Counted from the first letter of the stretch, positions 1-10,427 are shown. The stretch is DNA of 64,000 nucleotides from Gloeobacterales cyanobacterium (GCA_038245785.1 JBBRSB010000001.1:352001-416000); one strand, 5' to 3'. The notes: generated by a model not told the origin, from the letters alone. Made by a program: numbers and translations.

Positions 1-1069
1 TAGTGGAAATTTTCAGTGGCTACACCCTTTCTTGGCAGAGCGTTTACCTTGCGGGACCTTTCTCGGCTGTACGGGGGCAGGGATCATTGGTGGAGGGCAA
101 GAGATAGAGAGTAAACCTTCGGTTGCGCTGGTTGCTGCCCACTTACCCGGTGTCCAGCTCTACCCGTTTTACTTAGGTCCCAGAAACATTCCCGACTTAG
201 ATAGCCGCCCTGATAGCTGGGTGAAAGCGCTGGGTCTTCCCCAAGACGTACAGCCAGATTTTATTTTGCTCAGTGATGGGGACAGAATCACTGATTTGCT
301 CCAAGGAATGGATTTTGCCTTTCCTTCGCGCACGAAAATTGGAGGGTTGGTCAGTGGTGCTCGGTTCCTCTTTGGACAAGAGAAAGTCTATAGCGAAGGT
401 ACAGTGGGCCTTGGTTTGTCCGGAAATATTATCGTAGATGCGGTGGTGGCCCAGGGCTGTAGACCCGTTGGCCCTCCTTTGAACATCACCCAGAGTGAAC
501 GGCATTTGCTCCATGCCCTCGAAGACCAACCCGCACTTGAAGTTTTGCGAGAAGTTTTGAGTGAACTCGATGACCGCGATCGTGAACTAGCCCGTCATTC
601 TCTGTCTGTCGGCATTCTTAGCGGAGAAGTGGGCAGTAGTCTCTTGAAGGTCGAGTCTGGAGAAAAAAGCGCTACTGGGACCTTCCTGATCCGCACGCTG
701 ATGGGGATCAGCTCAGATGGGTCTTTGGCAGTGGGTGCCCGTCTACGGCCCGGTCAAATCATCCAATTCCATATCCGGGATGGCCGAACTTCTGCAGAAG
801 ATCTGCACCTGATGCTGTCTCGATATCAGCTAGACCATGGGCAGCAAGCCAAGGGAGCTTTGCTCTTTTCTTGCTTAGGACGGGGAGAGCAGCTTTATGG
901 AGTCCCCGACCATGATTTAAACTGCATCCAGCGCTATTTGGGACCGATCTCTGTGGGAGGTTTTTTCTGTAATGGTGAAATTGGTCCGGTAGGATCTGAG
1001 ACCTACCTGCATGGCTTTACCTCTGTCGTGGGTCTATTTCGACCCAAATTGGGTGCTGATGATTTGTGA
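1..1069 (+). CDS. FIST N/C-domain signal-transduction protein (5' end outside window)
   Basis: Frame is open from position 2; motifs QGCRPVG, GALLFSCLGRG and GFFCNGEIGP are typical of FIST_C. Confidence 0.85.
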   Translation, partial: SGNFQWLHPFLAERLPCGTFLGCTGAGIIGGGQEIESKPSVALVAAHLPGVQLYPFYLGPRNIPDLDSRPDSWVKALGLPQDVQPDFILLSDGDRITDLLQGMDFAFPSRTKIGGLVSGARFLFGQEKVYSEGTVGLGLSGNIIVDAVVAQGCRPVGPPLNITQSERHLLHALEDQPALEVLREVLSELDDRDRELARHSLSVGILSGEVGSSLLKVESGEKSATGTFLIRTLMGISSDGSLAVGARLRPGQIIQFHIRDGRTSAEDLHLMLSRYQLDHGQQAKGALLFSCLGRGEQLYGVPDHDLNCIQRYLGPISVGGFFCNGEIGPVGSETYLHGFTSVVGLFRPKLGADDL

Positions 1070-1950
1070 GATTGCCCTTGAGTAACGTCATCGATAGACT
1101 TTCCAAACTCAAAACCCCAGGACGTCTGCTTCTCTTTCTTGGCATGGTCGTACTGCTGTGGGCGCCTTTTGCTTCTGTATGGCTTTTTGGGACAGGCTGG
1201 ACTTGGGGGAAAGAACTGACCAATACCCAAAATATCGGGGTAGCCGTTATTCTCTATCTTGTGATCCCCACCGTCCTCTGGGGATTTTCTAAGTACTTGG
1301 ACCATAAGCCTTTTTCTCAATATGGCCTGAGTGGAGACCGCCGAAATTTTCTAGGGTTTGGACTGGGCATTGGTTTGGGCTTCATCCTCTGCGGTTCACT
1401 CCTGCTCACTCAAGGAGTTTTGGGTTGGATCACTTTTGATCTCAGCAATTTACAAGCCGCAGGTCCTCTTCCCTTACTCTTGCTGCAAGGTTTTGCTGTC
1501 GGAGTCGGGGCCGCATTCATGGAGGAGCTACTCTTCCGAGGCTTTCTAGTCAATCAGTTTGGTCGAGACTATGGCCTGACTTCCGCCCAGTATTTGACTA
1601 GCTTGCTCTTTGCCGTTGCCCATTTTTTGAAACCCTTGGACGCTATTCTCGCTACCTGGCCTCAATTTCCTGGTTTATGGGCTTTTGGCCTTGTGCTGGT
1701 CTATTGCCGATGGTGGACCAATAGCCGACTGGGTCTGGCCATCGGTTTCCATGGCGGCTGCGTTTGGGTGCTGACCGTAGTAAATTCTATTGGCTTGGTC
1801 AAATACACCGGCGCTATTTCACCGCTGGTCACAGGGGTGATTCCCGGCAATCCCCTATCAGGATTCATTGGTCTACTCTTTCTCGGTATTTTCTTTGTCG
1901 TGCTCTGGACTATCACCCGTCAGTTGGGTTTTCAGCAACCCGAAGATTGA
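1066..1950 (+). CDS. CPBP/CAAX-family intramembrane metalloprotease
   Basis: Multi-TM protein with EELLFRG, FAVAH and AIGFHGG motifs. Confidence 0.85.
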   Translation: MRLPLSNVIDRLSKLKTPGRLLLFLGMVVLLWAPFASVWLFGTGWTWGKELTNTQNIGVAVILYLVIPTVLWGFSKYLDHKPFSQYGLSGDRRNFLGFGLGIGLGFILCGSLLLTQGVLGWITFDLSNLQAAGPLPLLLLQGFAVGVGAAFMEELLFRGFLVNQFGRDYGLTSAQYLTSLLFAVAHFLKPLDAILATWPQFPGLWAFGLVLVYCRWWTNSRLGLAIGFHGGCVWVLTVVNSIGLVKYTGAISPLVTGVIPGNPLSGFIGLLFLGIFFVVLWTITRQLGFQQPED

Positions 1951-2072
1951 GGCTTCCTCGCAAGGCGGGCCGTTGACATCTTCTATTTCCCAGGACTAAA
2001 CTACACTATCTCGGGCGAGATTAAGATGTATCTCTGCGCTATAGTCTTTGTGGATAGTCTTTGGGTTGTTGG

Positions 2073-3104
2073 ATGATGCCTGGGTTAAAGACATATGGGG
2101 TATCCCTACTTTGCCTGGGGGAACTTTGGCTGACGGGTTGTTCTCCCGTGGGAGCGCAGAAGCCCCCTGTGGAGTTGACCTTCGTTGCCTATGCTGTTGG
2201 TAAACCCGTTTTCGCACAGATCATTCCCGCCTTTCAGAAAGAATGGAAAGCAAAAACAGGTCAAGAGGTGCGCTTCCGGGAATCCTATGGGCCTTCTGGG
2301 GCTCAGGCTAGAGCGATTCTTGATGGACTGGAAGCGGATGTGATGGCCCAAAGCATTCAGACCAATGTCGATAAATTGGTCAAAGCTGGGCTGGTCGCCA
2401 AAAACTGGAGTGAGCGTTTGCCCTATGGCGCTTCTCCCGCCCATAGCGTCATGGTTTTGGTCTACCGTCCGGGCAATCCCAAAAATATTCAAACCTGGAG
2501 CGACCTCACCCGCAAGGATGTCTCGATCATTGCCATAAATCCTAAAACGTCAGGCAGTGGCCGCTGGGGCATCTTGGCAGGCTATGGTTCTATTGCTAAA
2601 GCCGAGGGCGAGAAACAGGCAGAGGCCTTTGTTTTTGATTTCTTGAGCCATACCCGGAGCCTGGAAAGTGGCAGCCGCCAGTCGACCGATGCCTTTGTCC
2701 GAAAGCAGATGGGCGATGTGATGGTCAACTATGAAAACGAAATCATTTTTGTGAATAAGATGATCCCCAAAGACTTTCCCTACATTGCTCCCAAGCAAAA
2801 TATCAGCGTAGATTTTCCGGTAACGGTGATTGATAAGGTGGTGGATAAACGTGGAACCCGTGCGGTCGCCGAAGCTTTTACCCAGTTTTTGTTTACGCCT
2901 CAAGTGCAGCAAATCTATGCCGAATTTGGCTATCGCCCCTCCGATCCCAAGGTTTTCGCCCAGTATGCCAGGTCGTACCAGGCGGTACCCCAGCTCTATG
3001 CGATTGCTGATTTTGGAGGCTGGAAGGCGGTGAATAAAAAGCTTTTTGATGATGACGCTTTGTTCGACCAGGCGCAAAAAGCAGCGGGTAGACCAATCCG
3101 ATGA
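2073..3104 (+). CDS. sbp: Sulfate ABC transporter substrate-binding lipoprotein
   Basis: SYGPSGAQARAI, NPKTSGSGRW and NYENE motifs; LTGC lipobox; first gene of the cysTWA operon; start approximate. Confidence 0.9.
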   Translation: MMPGLKTYGVSLLCLGELWLTGCSPVGAQKPPVELTFVAYAVGKPVFAQIIPAFQKEWKAKTGQEVRFRESYGPSGAQARAILDGLEADVMAQSIQTNVDKLVKAGLVAKNWSERLPYGASPAHSVMVLVYRPGNPKNIQTWSDLTRKDVSIIAINPKTSGSGRWGILAGYGSIAKAEGEKQAEAFVFDFLSHTRSLESGSRQSTDAFVRKQMGDVMVNYENEIIFVNKMIPKDFPYIAPKQNISVDFPVTVIDKVVDKRGTRAVAEAFTQFLFTPQVQQIYAEFGYRPSDPKVFAQYARSYQAVPQLYAIADFGGWKAVNKKLFDDDALFDQAQKAAGRPIR

Positions 3105-3961
3105 CTACTTCTCTGCGCAATCCCTTACGTTCTGGCCTCACCTGGGGGCTTGCCCTAGTCTATCTGGGGCTGCTGCTATTCTTGCCTGTGGCAGGACTGT
3201 TCTTAAAAACGTTAGAGCTCCCCTTGCCTGAACTTTGGGCCTTGGTGACGACTCCAGTGGCGGTGGAAACTTACAAACTGACCTTCGGTGGGGCTTTGAT
3301 CGCAGCGCTGATCAATATGGTCTTCGGGGTGGTCTTGGCCTGGATTCTGGTGCGCTACGACTTTCCTGGCAAGCGCCTTGCGGATGGTCTGATTGACTTG
3401 CCCTTCGCCATTCCGACAGCGGTAGCCGGTCTTACTCTGGCCGTCCTCTATGGTCCTGGGGGCGTTCTTGGGCAATTCCTGGACCCCGGTACACCCTTGG
3501 GGAACCTGTTCGCCCTCTTAGGGATTCAAGAGGTGCGTCTGGCCTATTCCCAGTTTGGCGTGGTTCTGGCGATGACCTTCGTCACCGTTCCCTTTGTCGT
3601 GCGCACCGTGCAGCCCGTTCTTCTGGAAATAGAGCCGGCCTTAGAAGAAGCCGCTTCCTCTCTGGGAGCGACGAACTGGCAGACCTTCCGCTTGGTGATT
3701 TTCCCTCAGCTCCTACCCGCCATCTTGACCGGATTTACCCTCGCTTTTGCGCGGGCGATTGGAGAATATGGCTCCGTGGTCTTGATTTCTGGAAACGTGC
3801 CCTACGAAACCCTGACTACTCCAGTCTACATTTTTCAGCGTTTGGAAGAATTCGATTACGCAGGAGCCACCGCCGTTTCCGTGGTCCTCTTGACCCTCTC
3901 TCTGGTGATTTTGCTTAGCATCAATGCCCTACAAGCCTGGAGTCGCCGCTATGACAGCTAG
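3101..3961 (+). CDS. cysT: Sulfate ABC permease CysT
   Basis: DLPFAIPTAVAGL, EEAASSLGA (EAA loop), FARAIGEYGSV. Confidence 0.92.
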   Translation: MTTSLRNPLRSGLTWGLALVYLGLLLFLPVAGLFLKTLELPLPELWALVTTPVAVETYKLTFGGALIAALINMVFGVVLAWILVRYDFPGKRLADGLIDLPFAIPTAVAGLTLAVLYGPGGVLGQFLDPGTPLGNLFALLGIQEVRLAYSQFGVVLAMTFVTVPFVVRTVQPVLLEIEPALEEAASSLGATNWQTFRLVIFPQLLPAILTGFTLAFARAIGEYGSVVLISGNVPYETLTTPVYIFQRLEEFDYAGATAVSVVLLTLSLVILLSINALQAWSRRYDS

Positions 3962-4814
3962 TCAGCCTGCGAGAGAAACGGCGCTATCTACGGCTGCTCC
4001 TTTGCCGTGGGGACGCTATGCCTTAATCACATTAGGGCTCAGCTTTTTAGCCTTGGTCGTGCTGTTTCCGCTGTTCAATATTCTCTATCAGGCCTTTCAA
4101 GGAGGCTTGGGAGCCTATTGGCAGGGAATTTCAAACCCAGAAGCTCTCAGTGCCATTTCCCTCACACTGTTAGTGGTGCTGATCGTCGTTCCGGTCAATA
4201 CCATTTTTGGTGTCTTGGTTGCCTGGGTGCTCGCCCGTTATCAGTTTCCCGGCAAGCTCTTCTTCCTCGGAATCTTGGACCTTCCCTTTGCTATCTCGCC
4301 CGTAGTGGCAGGGATGATGCATGTGATTCTCTACAGCCCAACTAAAGGGATTCTGGGTCCTTGGCTAGAGTCCTTGCATATCAGAATTTTGTTTGCTCCC
4401 CTGGGCGTAATCTTGGTTACTTTATTCGTCACGCTGCCTTTTGTGGCCCGTGAAGTCTTGCCCGTCCTTCAAGAATTGGGTGATGAAGAAGAGCAAGCGG
4501 CAGCCACCTTGGGCGCCAGTCCCTGGGAAACTTTTTGGTATGTGACCTTGCCCAATATCCGTTGGGCGCTCCTCTATGGGGTTATCCTGTGCACAGCGCG
4601 GGCTTTAGGAGAATTTGGAGCCGTTTCTGTAGTCTCCGGTAAATTGATCAACCAAACAGAAACGCTCACTTTGCATATTGAGCAGGCCTATGGTGAATAC
4701 CAAACCGTAGCTGCCTTTGCCTGCGCTTCTCTCTTAACCCTGTTGGCCGTAGTTACCCTAGTGGTTCAAGAGCTGATCAAGAGCAAACAGCCTTCTTTAG
4801 AAGCAGAAGAATAA
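3951..4814 (+). CDS. cysW: Sulfate ABC permease CysW
   Basis: DLPFAISPVVAG, EEQAAATLGA, ARALGEFGAVSVVSG; ATG at 3951 overlaps the cysT end. Confidence 0.92.
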   Translation: MTASQPARETALSTAAPLPWGRYALITLGLSFLALVVLFPLFNILYQAFQGGLGAYWQGISNPEALSAISLTLLVVLIVVPVNTIFGVLVAWVLARYQFPGKLFFLGILDLPFAISPVVAGMMHVILYSPTKGILGPWLESLHIRILFAPLGVILVTLFVTLPFVAREVLPVLQELGDEEEQAAATLGASPWETFWYVTLPNIRWALLYGVILCTARALGEFGAVSVVSGKLINQTETLTLHIEQAYGEYQTVAAFACASLLTLLAVVTLVVQELIKSKQPSLEAEE

Positions 4815-4846
4815 TCCGTCAGCAGAGTTCGTAGGAGCCTGAAGCC

Positions 4847-5857
4847 ATGGGAATCACAGTCCAAAACGTCAGTAAACAGTTCGGCAATTTTCAAGCGGTT
4901 GACCACGTTTCGCTAGAAGTGGAAGCAGGCTCCTTGGTAGCCCTCCTCGGCCCTAGTGGTTCAGGAAAGTCCACCTTGCTACGTTTGATTGCCGGGCTAG
5001 AATCGCCTGACTCTGGCAAAATCTTTCTCACTGGAGAAGATGCCACCACCCGTACGGTACAAGAACGGAACATTGGTTTTGTCTTTCAGCATTACGCCCT
5101 GTTCAAGCATTTGACGGTAGCAGAGAATATTGGCTTTGGCCTGAAACTCCGCAAAGCGGATCAAACTACTATCAAAAAACGGGTGGATGAACTCTTAGAG
5201 CTGGTCCAATTGGCAGGACTGGCCAAGCGCTATCCCAATCAACTTTCTGGCGGCCAACGCCAACGGGTTGCCCTGGCTCGGGCCTTAGCCGTAGAACCGA
5301 CGGTACTGCTCCTGGATGAACCCTTTGGAGCCCTGGATGCCAAGGTGCGCAAAGATCTCAGAGCATGGCTACGCCGTCTGCATGATGAAGTGCATGTGAC
5401 TTCGGTATTCGTTACCCATGACCAAGAAGAAGCCCTAGAGGTGGCCGACAAAATCGTAGTCATGAATAAGGGCAAGATTGAACAAATCGGCTCCGCTCAG
5501 GAGATCTATGACCATCCAAAAACGCCCTTTGTCATGGGCTTTATTGGTCCGGTGAATGTAGTCCCTTCCGATTCGCCCTTAGTGAAATCGATGAATCCTA
5601 ATGGTCAAGATCTGTTTATCCGGCCCCATGACATAGAACTCCTGGCTAACCCTACCGAAGGGGCAAGCGGATTCACGATCCGACGGATAACGCATTTGGG
5701 CTGGGAAGTCCAGGTGGAATTGACCTCTGGCTACGACCATTCGATCACCGCCCATCTCAATAGAGATGACTTTGACCGACTGAATCCCCAAGTCGGCCAG
5801 CAAGTTTTTGTTCGAACGAAAGACGCCAAGTCTTTTGTTGCAGATTATTCGATTTAG
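4847..5857 (+). CDS. cysA: Sulfate ABC ATP-binding subunit CysA
   Basis: Walker [28 protein letters not shown]-terminal TOBE-like region. Confidence 0.93.
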   Translation: MGITVQNVSKQFGNFQAVDHVSLEVEAGSLVALLGPSGSGKSTLLRLIAGLESPDSGKIFLTGEDATTRTVQERNIGFVFQHYALFKHLTVAENIGFGLKLRKADQTTIKKRVDELLELVQLAGLAKRYPNQLSGGQRQRVALARALAVEPTVLLLDEPFGALDAKVRKDLRAWLRRLHDEVHVTSVFVTHDQEEALEVADKIVVMNKGKIEQIGSAQEIYDHPKTPFVMGFIGPVNVVPSDSPLVKSMNPNGQDLFIRPHDIELLANPTEGASGFTIRRITHLGWEVQVELTSGYDHSITAHLNRDDFDRLNPQVGQQVFVRTKDAKSFVADYSI

Positions 5858-6046
5858 GGATAATGGGGCCAGAAACAGGCTACAGGGGCCGAACGGAGAC
5901 GTCACATTCACATATCTTTACCGTTTCCTCTGTTATTGCACTAGCTACAGCAGGTAAGATGCACTCCTAGAAGGGGTTGTATCTCTACTCCAAGATTCTA
6001 ATTGCTATATGTCCTTTCTGTTTTATTGCCGGTAAAGGAAGAAAAC

Positions 6047-6991
6047 ATGACCAAAACCTTAAATCGTTGGCTAGTGGGCTTGACAGCTGGTGTCCTGTGC
6101 CTCACGGCCAACTCAACAGCTTTTGCCCAATCGGTGCCTCAAGAGTTAGCCAGTACGGCTAAGGACGCCTGCGTTGATGCAGCCAAGGCAAAGGGATTTC
6201 GACTGAAGAAGGTGGTGTCTGTTGCCCCTAAGGCTGATGGCGCAACGGTGATTTTAAGTCTGGATCGCGCTAAACAACTGTTCAAGCTCACCTGTGGGTA
6301 CACAAAGTCCGCTGGAGCTGTGATTGGGGGAGAAAAATCTAATGCTTCCGCTGCCACTCCTTCTCCTGCGCCTGCGGCTGCGGCTGAATCATCTGCGACC
6401 AAACCTGCCCCTCCCTCGCCTGAATCTGCTCCTGCGCCTGCAGCCGCTGCTGCCGCTGCTCCAACGGCTGCAGGGACTCAGCCCACTTTCGGTTCTGCAG
6501 CCCCCTGTAAGAATGTCCCTGCTTTCCAAGAGAAGAAGACGGCTGCACTGGCTGCGGTGGACGAACAGATTGCCAAAGCTACTATCGCTGCCGTTCCCAC
6601 CTTCACGATTATTCCAGGAGTCACGGGTAGCCAATCTCTGAAGCAGGAGTGGGAAACCAAAAAAGCTTCGTTAGCAGACAAGTTTGCCCGTTATGAAAAG
6701 CCTGGTGTCCTTTGTGGCGTGGATGATGGCAATCCTCGCTTGATTGCAGATGGTCGCTGGAACCATGCTGGGGACTTCATTATTCCTAGCATCCTGTTCC
6801 TCTATGTCGCTGGAGCGCTGGGCTGGGCTGGACGAGATTACCTGGGCAAGGCCAAGGGAGATGCCAATCTAGAAATTATGATTGATATCCCCATGGCGTT
6901 ACAGTCTCTTCTTGCTGGCTTGCTATGGCCTATCCAGGCTATTCCTCAATTGATTTCGGGCTCTATCCGAAATGACACTGTCAAACCTTAA
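6047..6991 (+). CDS. psaF: Photosystem I subunit III (PsaF) with a large N-terminal extension
   Basis: C-terminal half has PsaF motifs (PC..VPAF, LCGVDDGNPRLIADGRWNHAGDFIIPSILFLYVAGALGWAGRDYL, EIMIDIP); signal peptide follows an AAGGA RBS; followed by psaJ. Confidence 0.88.
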   Translation: MTKTLNRWLVGLTAGVLCLTANSTAFAQSVPQELASTAKDACVDAAKAKGFRLKKVVSVAPKADGATVILSLDRAKQLFKLTCGYTKSAGAVIGGEKSNASAATPSPAPAAAAESSATKPAPPSPESAPAPAAAAAAAPTAAGTQPTFGSAAPCKNVPAFQEKKTAALAAVDEQIAKATIAAVPTFTIIPGVTGSQSLKQEWETKKASLADKFARYEKPGVLCGVDDGNPRLIADGRWNHAGDFIIPSILFLYVAGALGWAGRDYLGKAKGDANLEIMIDIPMALQSLLAGLLWPIQAIPQLISGSIRNDTVKP

Positions 6992-7007
6992 TCCGGAGTC
7001 TGTAGCT

Positions 7008-7118
7008 ATGCGTATTCCCGCACCTATTGGTGGACTATTATTCATCGCAATTAGTCTTGCGGCCCTCATGTGGGCCAACATTCTGACGAACTATCCTCTG
7101 TTCCATCCCATGTCCTAG
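7008..7118 (+). CDS. psaJ: Photosystem I subunit IX (PsaJ), divergent; not in ORF track
   Basis: 36-aa ORF MRIPAPIGGLLFIAISLAALMWANILTNYPLFHPMS, preceded by GGAG, directly after psaF; AP..., single TM and LFHP tail as in PsaJ. Confidence 0.75.
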   Translation: MRIPAPIGGLLFIAISLAALMWANILTNYPLFHPMS

Positions 7119-7141
7119 CAGCACTTTCTGGAACTTGCTCT

Positions 7142-7180
7142 AAAAAAAGCCCCCTAGAGATTAATCTCTAGGGGGCTTTG
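7142..7180. terminator. Bidirectional intrinsic terminator between psaJ and HU
   Basis: Perfect palindrome AAAGCCCCCTAGAGATTAATCTCTAGGGGGCTTT with an A-tract on the left, between convergent genes. Confidence 0.85.
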
Positions 7181-7196
7181 CCTAAGCTCTATAGAT

Positions 7197-7487
7197 TTAC
7201 TTTTTCGCTTTCTGAGCTTCTACTTTCTCTTTGAAGGACTTACCAGCAGAGAAAGCAGGCACCACTGTGGCAGGAATGGTCATTTTCTTACCAGACTGAG
7301 GGTTACGACCCTCACGCTCTTTACGTTCCCGGCGCTCAAATGAACCAAAACCGACCAAGGTCACTTTGTCGTCTTCAGACACGGCATCAACGATAGTTTC
7401 CAAAGCAGCGGTGATGATGGCATCAACGTCTTTCTTTGTGTGGCTCGTCCGCTTTGCTACAGCGTCTACCAATTCACCTTTATTCAT
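7197..7487 (-). CDS. hup: Histone-like DNA-binding protein HU
   Basis: MNKGELVDAVA...LVGFGSFE...GRNPQ...VPAFSAGK. Confidence 0.95.
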   Translation of the reverse strand: MNKGELVDAVAKRTSHTKKDVDAIITAALETIVDAVSEDDKVTLVGFGSFERRERKEREGRNPQSGKKMTIPATVVPAFSAGKSFKEKVEAQKAKK

Positions 7488-7941
7488 GACAATCTCCTCA
7501 CAGTGGATATATGAACTTCAGTTACGCTTTCGTTTGACCTCAAGCCAGGGGTCTCTCTAGGTTCTTCTTGCTGTCTGCTGGCTGGACCAATTGGCACCCC
7601 TTGGGGCTTCAAACTGGCTGTGGGTGGGGCATGTACACTTTTGGGAGTAAGAATTTTTGCAGACATGGCGGGCGTTCTCCTTAGTGACAGATAGGGTACC
7701 TGTTAGCAATAGAAGCCGAAAACCTTTTCAGAGGGGAACCCTGATGAAACTGAACTTCAATGCCATATTTTACACGCTCTGTTCAAAGTTAGGTACTGTT
7801 TTCATTTTTTTCTTGGAAAAATATTTCAAATTTTTATATAAAGATTGATTTACATTACCAAGATCGGTTAACCCGTAGGATATTTCTTGGTCGGTCCGTA
7901 TATTAAATCGTTCTAAAATAGACATTCAAAAAATAATTTAG

Positions 7942-9738
7942 CTAGCGCGCTACTTTTTTAGGAGTTTTGACCGGGGGGTGCGCTACTTGCGCTCCCTTCT
8001 TGCGACTCATATAAACGTCGTAGATCTTCTTTGCCACAGGGGCTGCATCGGTTCCCCCGTGCCCTCCCCCTTCCACAAAGACGCAGATCGCAATTTCAGG
8101 ATTGTCGTAGGGCGCATAGCCTACAAAAACGGCATGGGTGCGGTGGGAATGGAAGTCTTCGGCCGTTCCGGTTTTCCCTGCAAAGCTTGTAGTTCCCAAA
8201 ACGCCACGGGCGGTACCACTGGCCACCACCTGTCTAAGACCATTGCGGACCACGGCTAAGGTTTCTGGTTTGAGGCTAAGGCTGGTTTTGACAGGAGGCT
8301 CTCCTTTCAGCAAATGCGGCTCGACGCGATAGCCGCCATTGGCAATGACAGAAACCATGACTGCATTCTGTAGCGGTGTAGACAGGTTAAACCCCTGTCC
8401 AATAGCCATGTTGGCCGTATCCCCTGGATACCATTTTTGCTTAAACGTCCTCAGCTTGTAGGCTTCACTGGGCACTATCCCCGCCGATTCAGACTGCAGG
8501 TTTAAGCTCGTTCTTTGTCCATAGCCAAATTTGCGGGCCATGGCCCCGATCCGTTCTGGACCAAGACGCAGCCCCACTTGATAGAAGAAGGTATCAGAAC
8601 TGACGGCCAAAGCTCTCGGAAAGCCGATGGTGCCAAAGCCTCGATGATTATGTTCTCCAAAGCGGCGGCTTCCCACCTGCAGGCTCCCGAAGGTATTGAG
8701 TACGGATTTCGGGTTAAACAGGCCTGACTCTAGGGCCGCCGTCGTCATGATGATCTTATAGGTACTGGCTGGCGGATAGGGGCGCACACCACGGTTTAGG
8801 AAGGGATGGTCCAGCTGGCGGAAATCCTGCCATTCTTTCTTATTGATCTTGTGCGAGAACATGTTCGGGTTGAAGTTAGGGTTGGAAGCCATCACTAAGA
8901 CTTCACCTGTTTTTGGCTCTATGGCTACCACCGCCCCCATGCGGGTCCCTAGTCCTTCCTGTGCTGCTTTTTGCATGTCCAGGTCTAGGGAAAGCGTCAC
9001 ATCTCCCCCCTTCTGCGATTTAATTGTCCCTAAGACACGCTTGACTTGTCCTGAGGCATCTACTTCTACCTGTTGACCGCCCCATTGTCCGTGCATCTGG
9101 GATTCAAATAACTGTTCTGCCCCCATCTTGCCGACAATGTCCCCAAGTTTGTAGCCTTGGTCTTTGCGGCGCTCCAGTTCTTTCTCTGAAATTTCTCCGG
9201 TATAGCCCAGGACTTGGGAGGCTAAATTGCCGTGAGGATACAAGCGACTGAGTTCAGCATCGACTCTTACGCCTGGCAAATCTGCTCCATGTTCTTTCAT
9301 CCGGATCACAAAGGCTGGATCTAAGCCTTGGAGCAAACGAACAGGATAGGGAGAGCGGAATCCTGCAATGCGCAGTTTCCGGTACATCTCTTCAGAGGTA
9401 AGACCCGTATAGGGAGCTAGACGCTCCAGAACCGCTGGCCATTTTCGAGGGCGCACCTGGAGCGGGTCTAGGAACAAAGAGTAGGTTAACTGACTACTGA
9501 CCAAAACTTTACCGTTGCGGTCTAGGAGTTCTCCCCGTTCTGGAGCCTTTGGCAAGAGACGGATACGGTTACTTTCAGCTTGCTCTCGATGTTCTGCGCC
9601 TTCAACAAGCTGTAAGAGGACCAAGCGAAGCACCAAGGCACCCAACAGCGTAGCGCCAATACCCAAGAGGGTAATGGCCCTTAAGCCACCCCCGGACCAT
9701 CGTTTTTCTTTTTCGTCAGTGCCTGTGCCTAGCTGCAT
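7942..9738 (-). CDS. mrdA: Penicillin-binding protein 2
   Basis: N-terminal TM, RGELLDRNG, catalytic STYK, SSD and KTGTA motifs. Confidence 0.9.
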   Translation of the reverse strand: MQLGTGTDEKEKRWSGGGLRAITLLGIGATLLGALVLRLVLLQLVEGAEHREQAESNRIRLLPKAPERGELLDRNGKVLVSSQLTYSLFLDPLQVRPRKWPAVLERLAPYTGLTSEEMYRKLRIAGFRSPYPVRLLQGLDPAFVIRMKEHGADLPGVRVDAELSRLYPHGNLASQVLGYTGEISEKELERRKDQGYKLGDIVGKMGAEQLFESQMHGQWGGQQVEVDASGQVKRVLGTIKSQKGGDVTLSLDLDMQKAAQEGLGTRMGAVVAIEPKTGEVLVMASNPNFNPNMFSHKINKKEWQDFRQLDHPFLNRGVRPYPPASTYKIIMTTAALESGLFNPKSVLNTFGSLQVGSRRFGEHNHRGFGTIGFPRALAVSSDTFFYQVGLRLGPERIGAMARKFGYGQRTSLNLQSESAGIVPSEAYKLRTFKQKWYPGDTANMAIGQGFNLSTPLQNAVMVSVIANGGYRVEPHLLKGEPPVKTSLSLKPETLAVVRNGLRQVVASGTARGVLGTTSFAGKTGTAEDFHSHRTHAVFVGYAPYDNPEIAICVFVEGGGHGGTDAAPVAKKIYDVYMSRKKGAQVAHPPVKTPKKVAR

Positions 9739-9788
9739 AAACTAATTATGCGCTTTTCAGAGCTGAGTATATCGGCTAGCTGGGGCTT

Positions 9789-10427
9789 TTAACGGCGAAT
9801 AGCGACAGGAGCATCCAACTTAAGATTGAGGGAGCGGTCAGGCCGGACTACTACAACCCTGGGAGCCGTCACGTTGCCGACGATTACGCCAGCCGCCGCG
9901 CCTCCGAGTAAACCACCCAAAGAAACTCCACCCGTTACGGCGCCGAGAAGGGCACCACCAGCGGCACCAATGGCAGCATCTCCTGCAATCGCTCCCCCTT
10001 CATACTCTCTAGGATCCTTTTCATCGGGAATCATATCGGAACTGGCGCGCAGAGAAGTGTACTGCCCGTTGATGACAACTCCATCCGCAAAGAATTTTAG
10101 GCCGCCAGGTACCGGAGCGAACCGTCCACGCACTTCTGTCCCCTTAGGGAAGACGACCCCGCCTCGGTTATCTACTACATCTTGAGAGGTCACCAAGGTA
10201 GCATTGGCATCTTTACCTGGATCTAAGTATTGGGTTGAGTTGGCTGGAGCTGCTACAGGAACTGCTGCTCCTGCTTCCAAACGCGCAACTCCCACATTGA
10301 AGCGCCGATTGTTGACTTGAGATGCACTATTGTCTGGCTCCAAAACTGGATAGTCTGCTGCATACACCGACAGCAGAGGAGTTACAGCCATGGAAAGAGA
10401 GAGTGAAAGAACTAAGAAACGACGCAT
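9789..10427 (-). CDS. Secreted hypothetical protein with a glycine-zipper region
   Basis: Signal peptide; GAAGGALLGAVTGG..LGGAAAG repeats. Confidence 0.65.
   Translation of the reverse strand: MRRFLVLSLSLSMAVTPLLSVYAADYPVLEPDNSASQVNNRRFNVGVARLEAGAAVPVAAPANSTQYLDPGKDANATLVTSQDVVDNRGGVVFPKGTEVRGRFAPVPGGLKFFADGVVINGQYTSLRASSDMIPDEKDPREYEGGAIAGDAAIGAAGGALLGAVTGGVSLGGLLGGAAAGVIVGNVTAPRVVVVRPDRSLNLKLDAPVAIRR

Noticed and set aside
6350..6480. GCT/CCT-rich low-complexity DNA as a repeat element
   Set aside because: Fully explained by the Ala/Pro linker codons of the psaF fusion.
7730..7765. CTGATGA as a hammerhead ribozyme core
   Set aside because: No stem II followed by GAAA and no compatible flanking stems.
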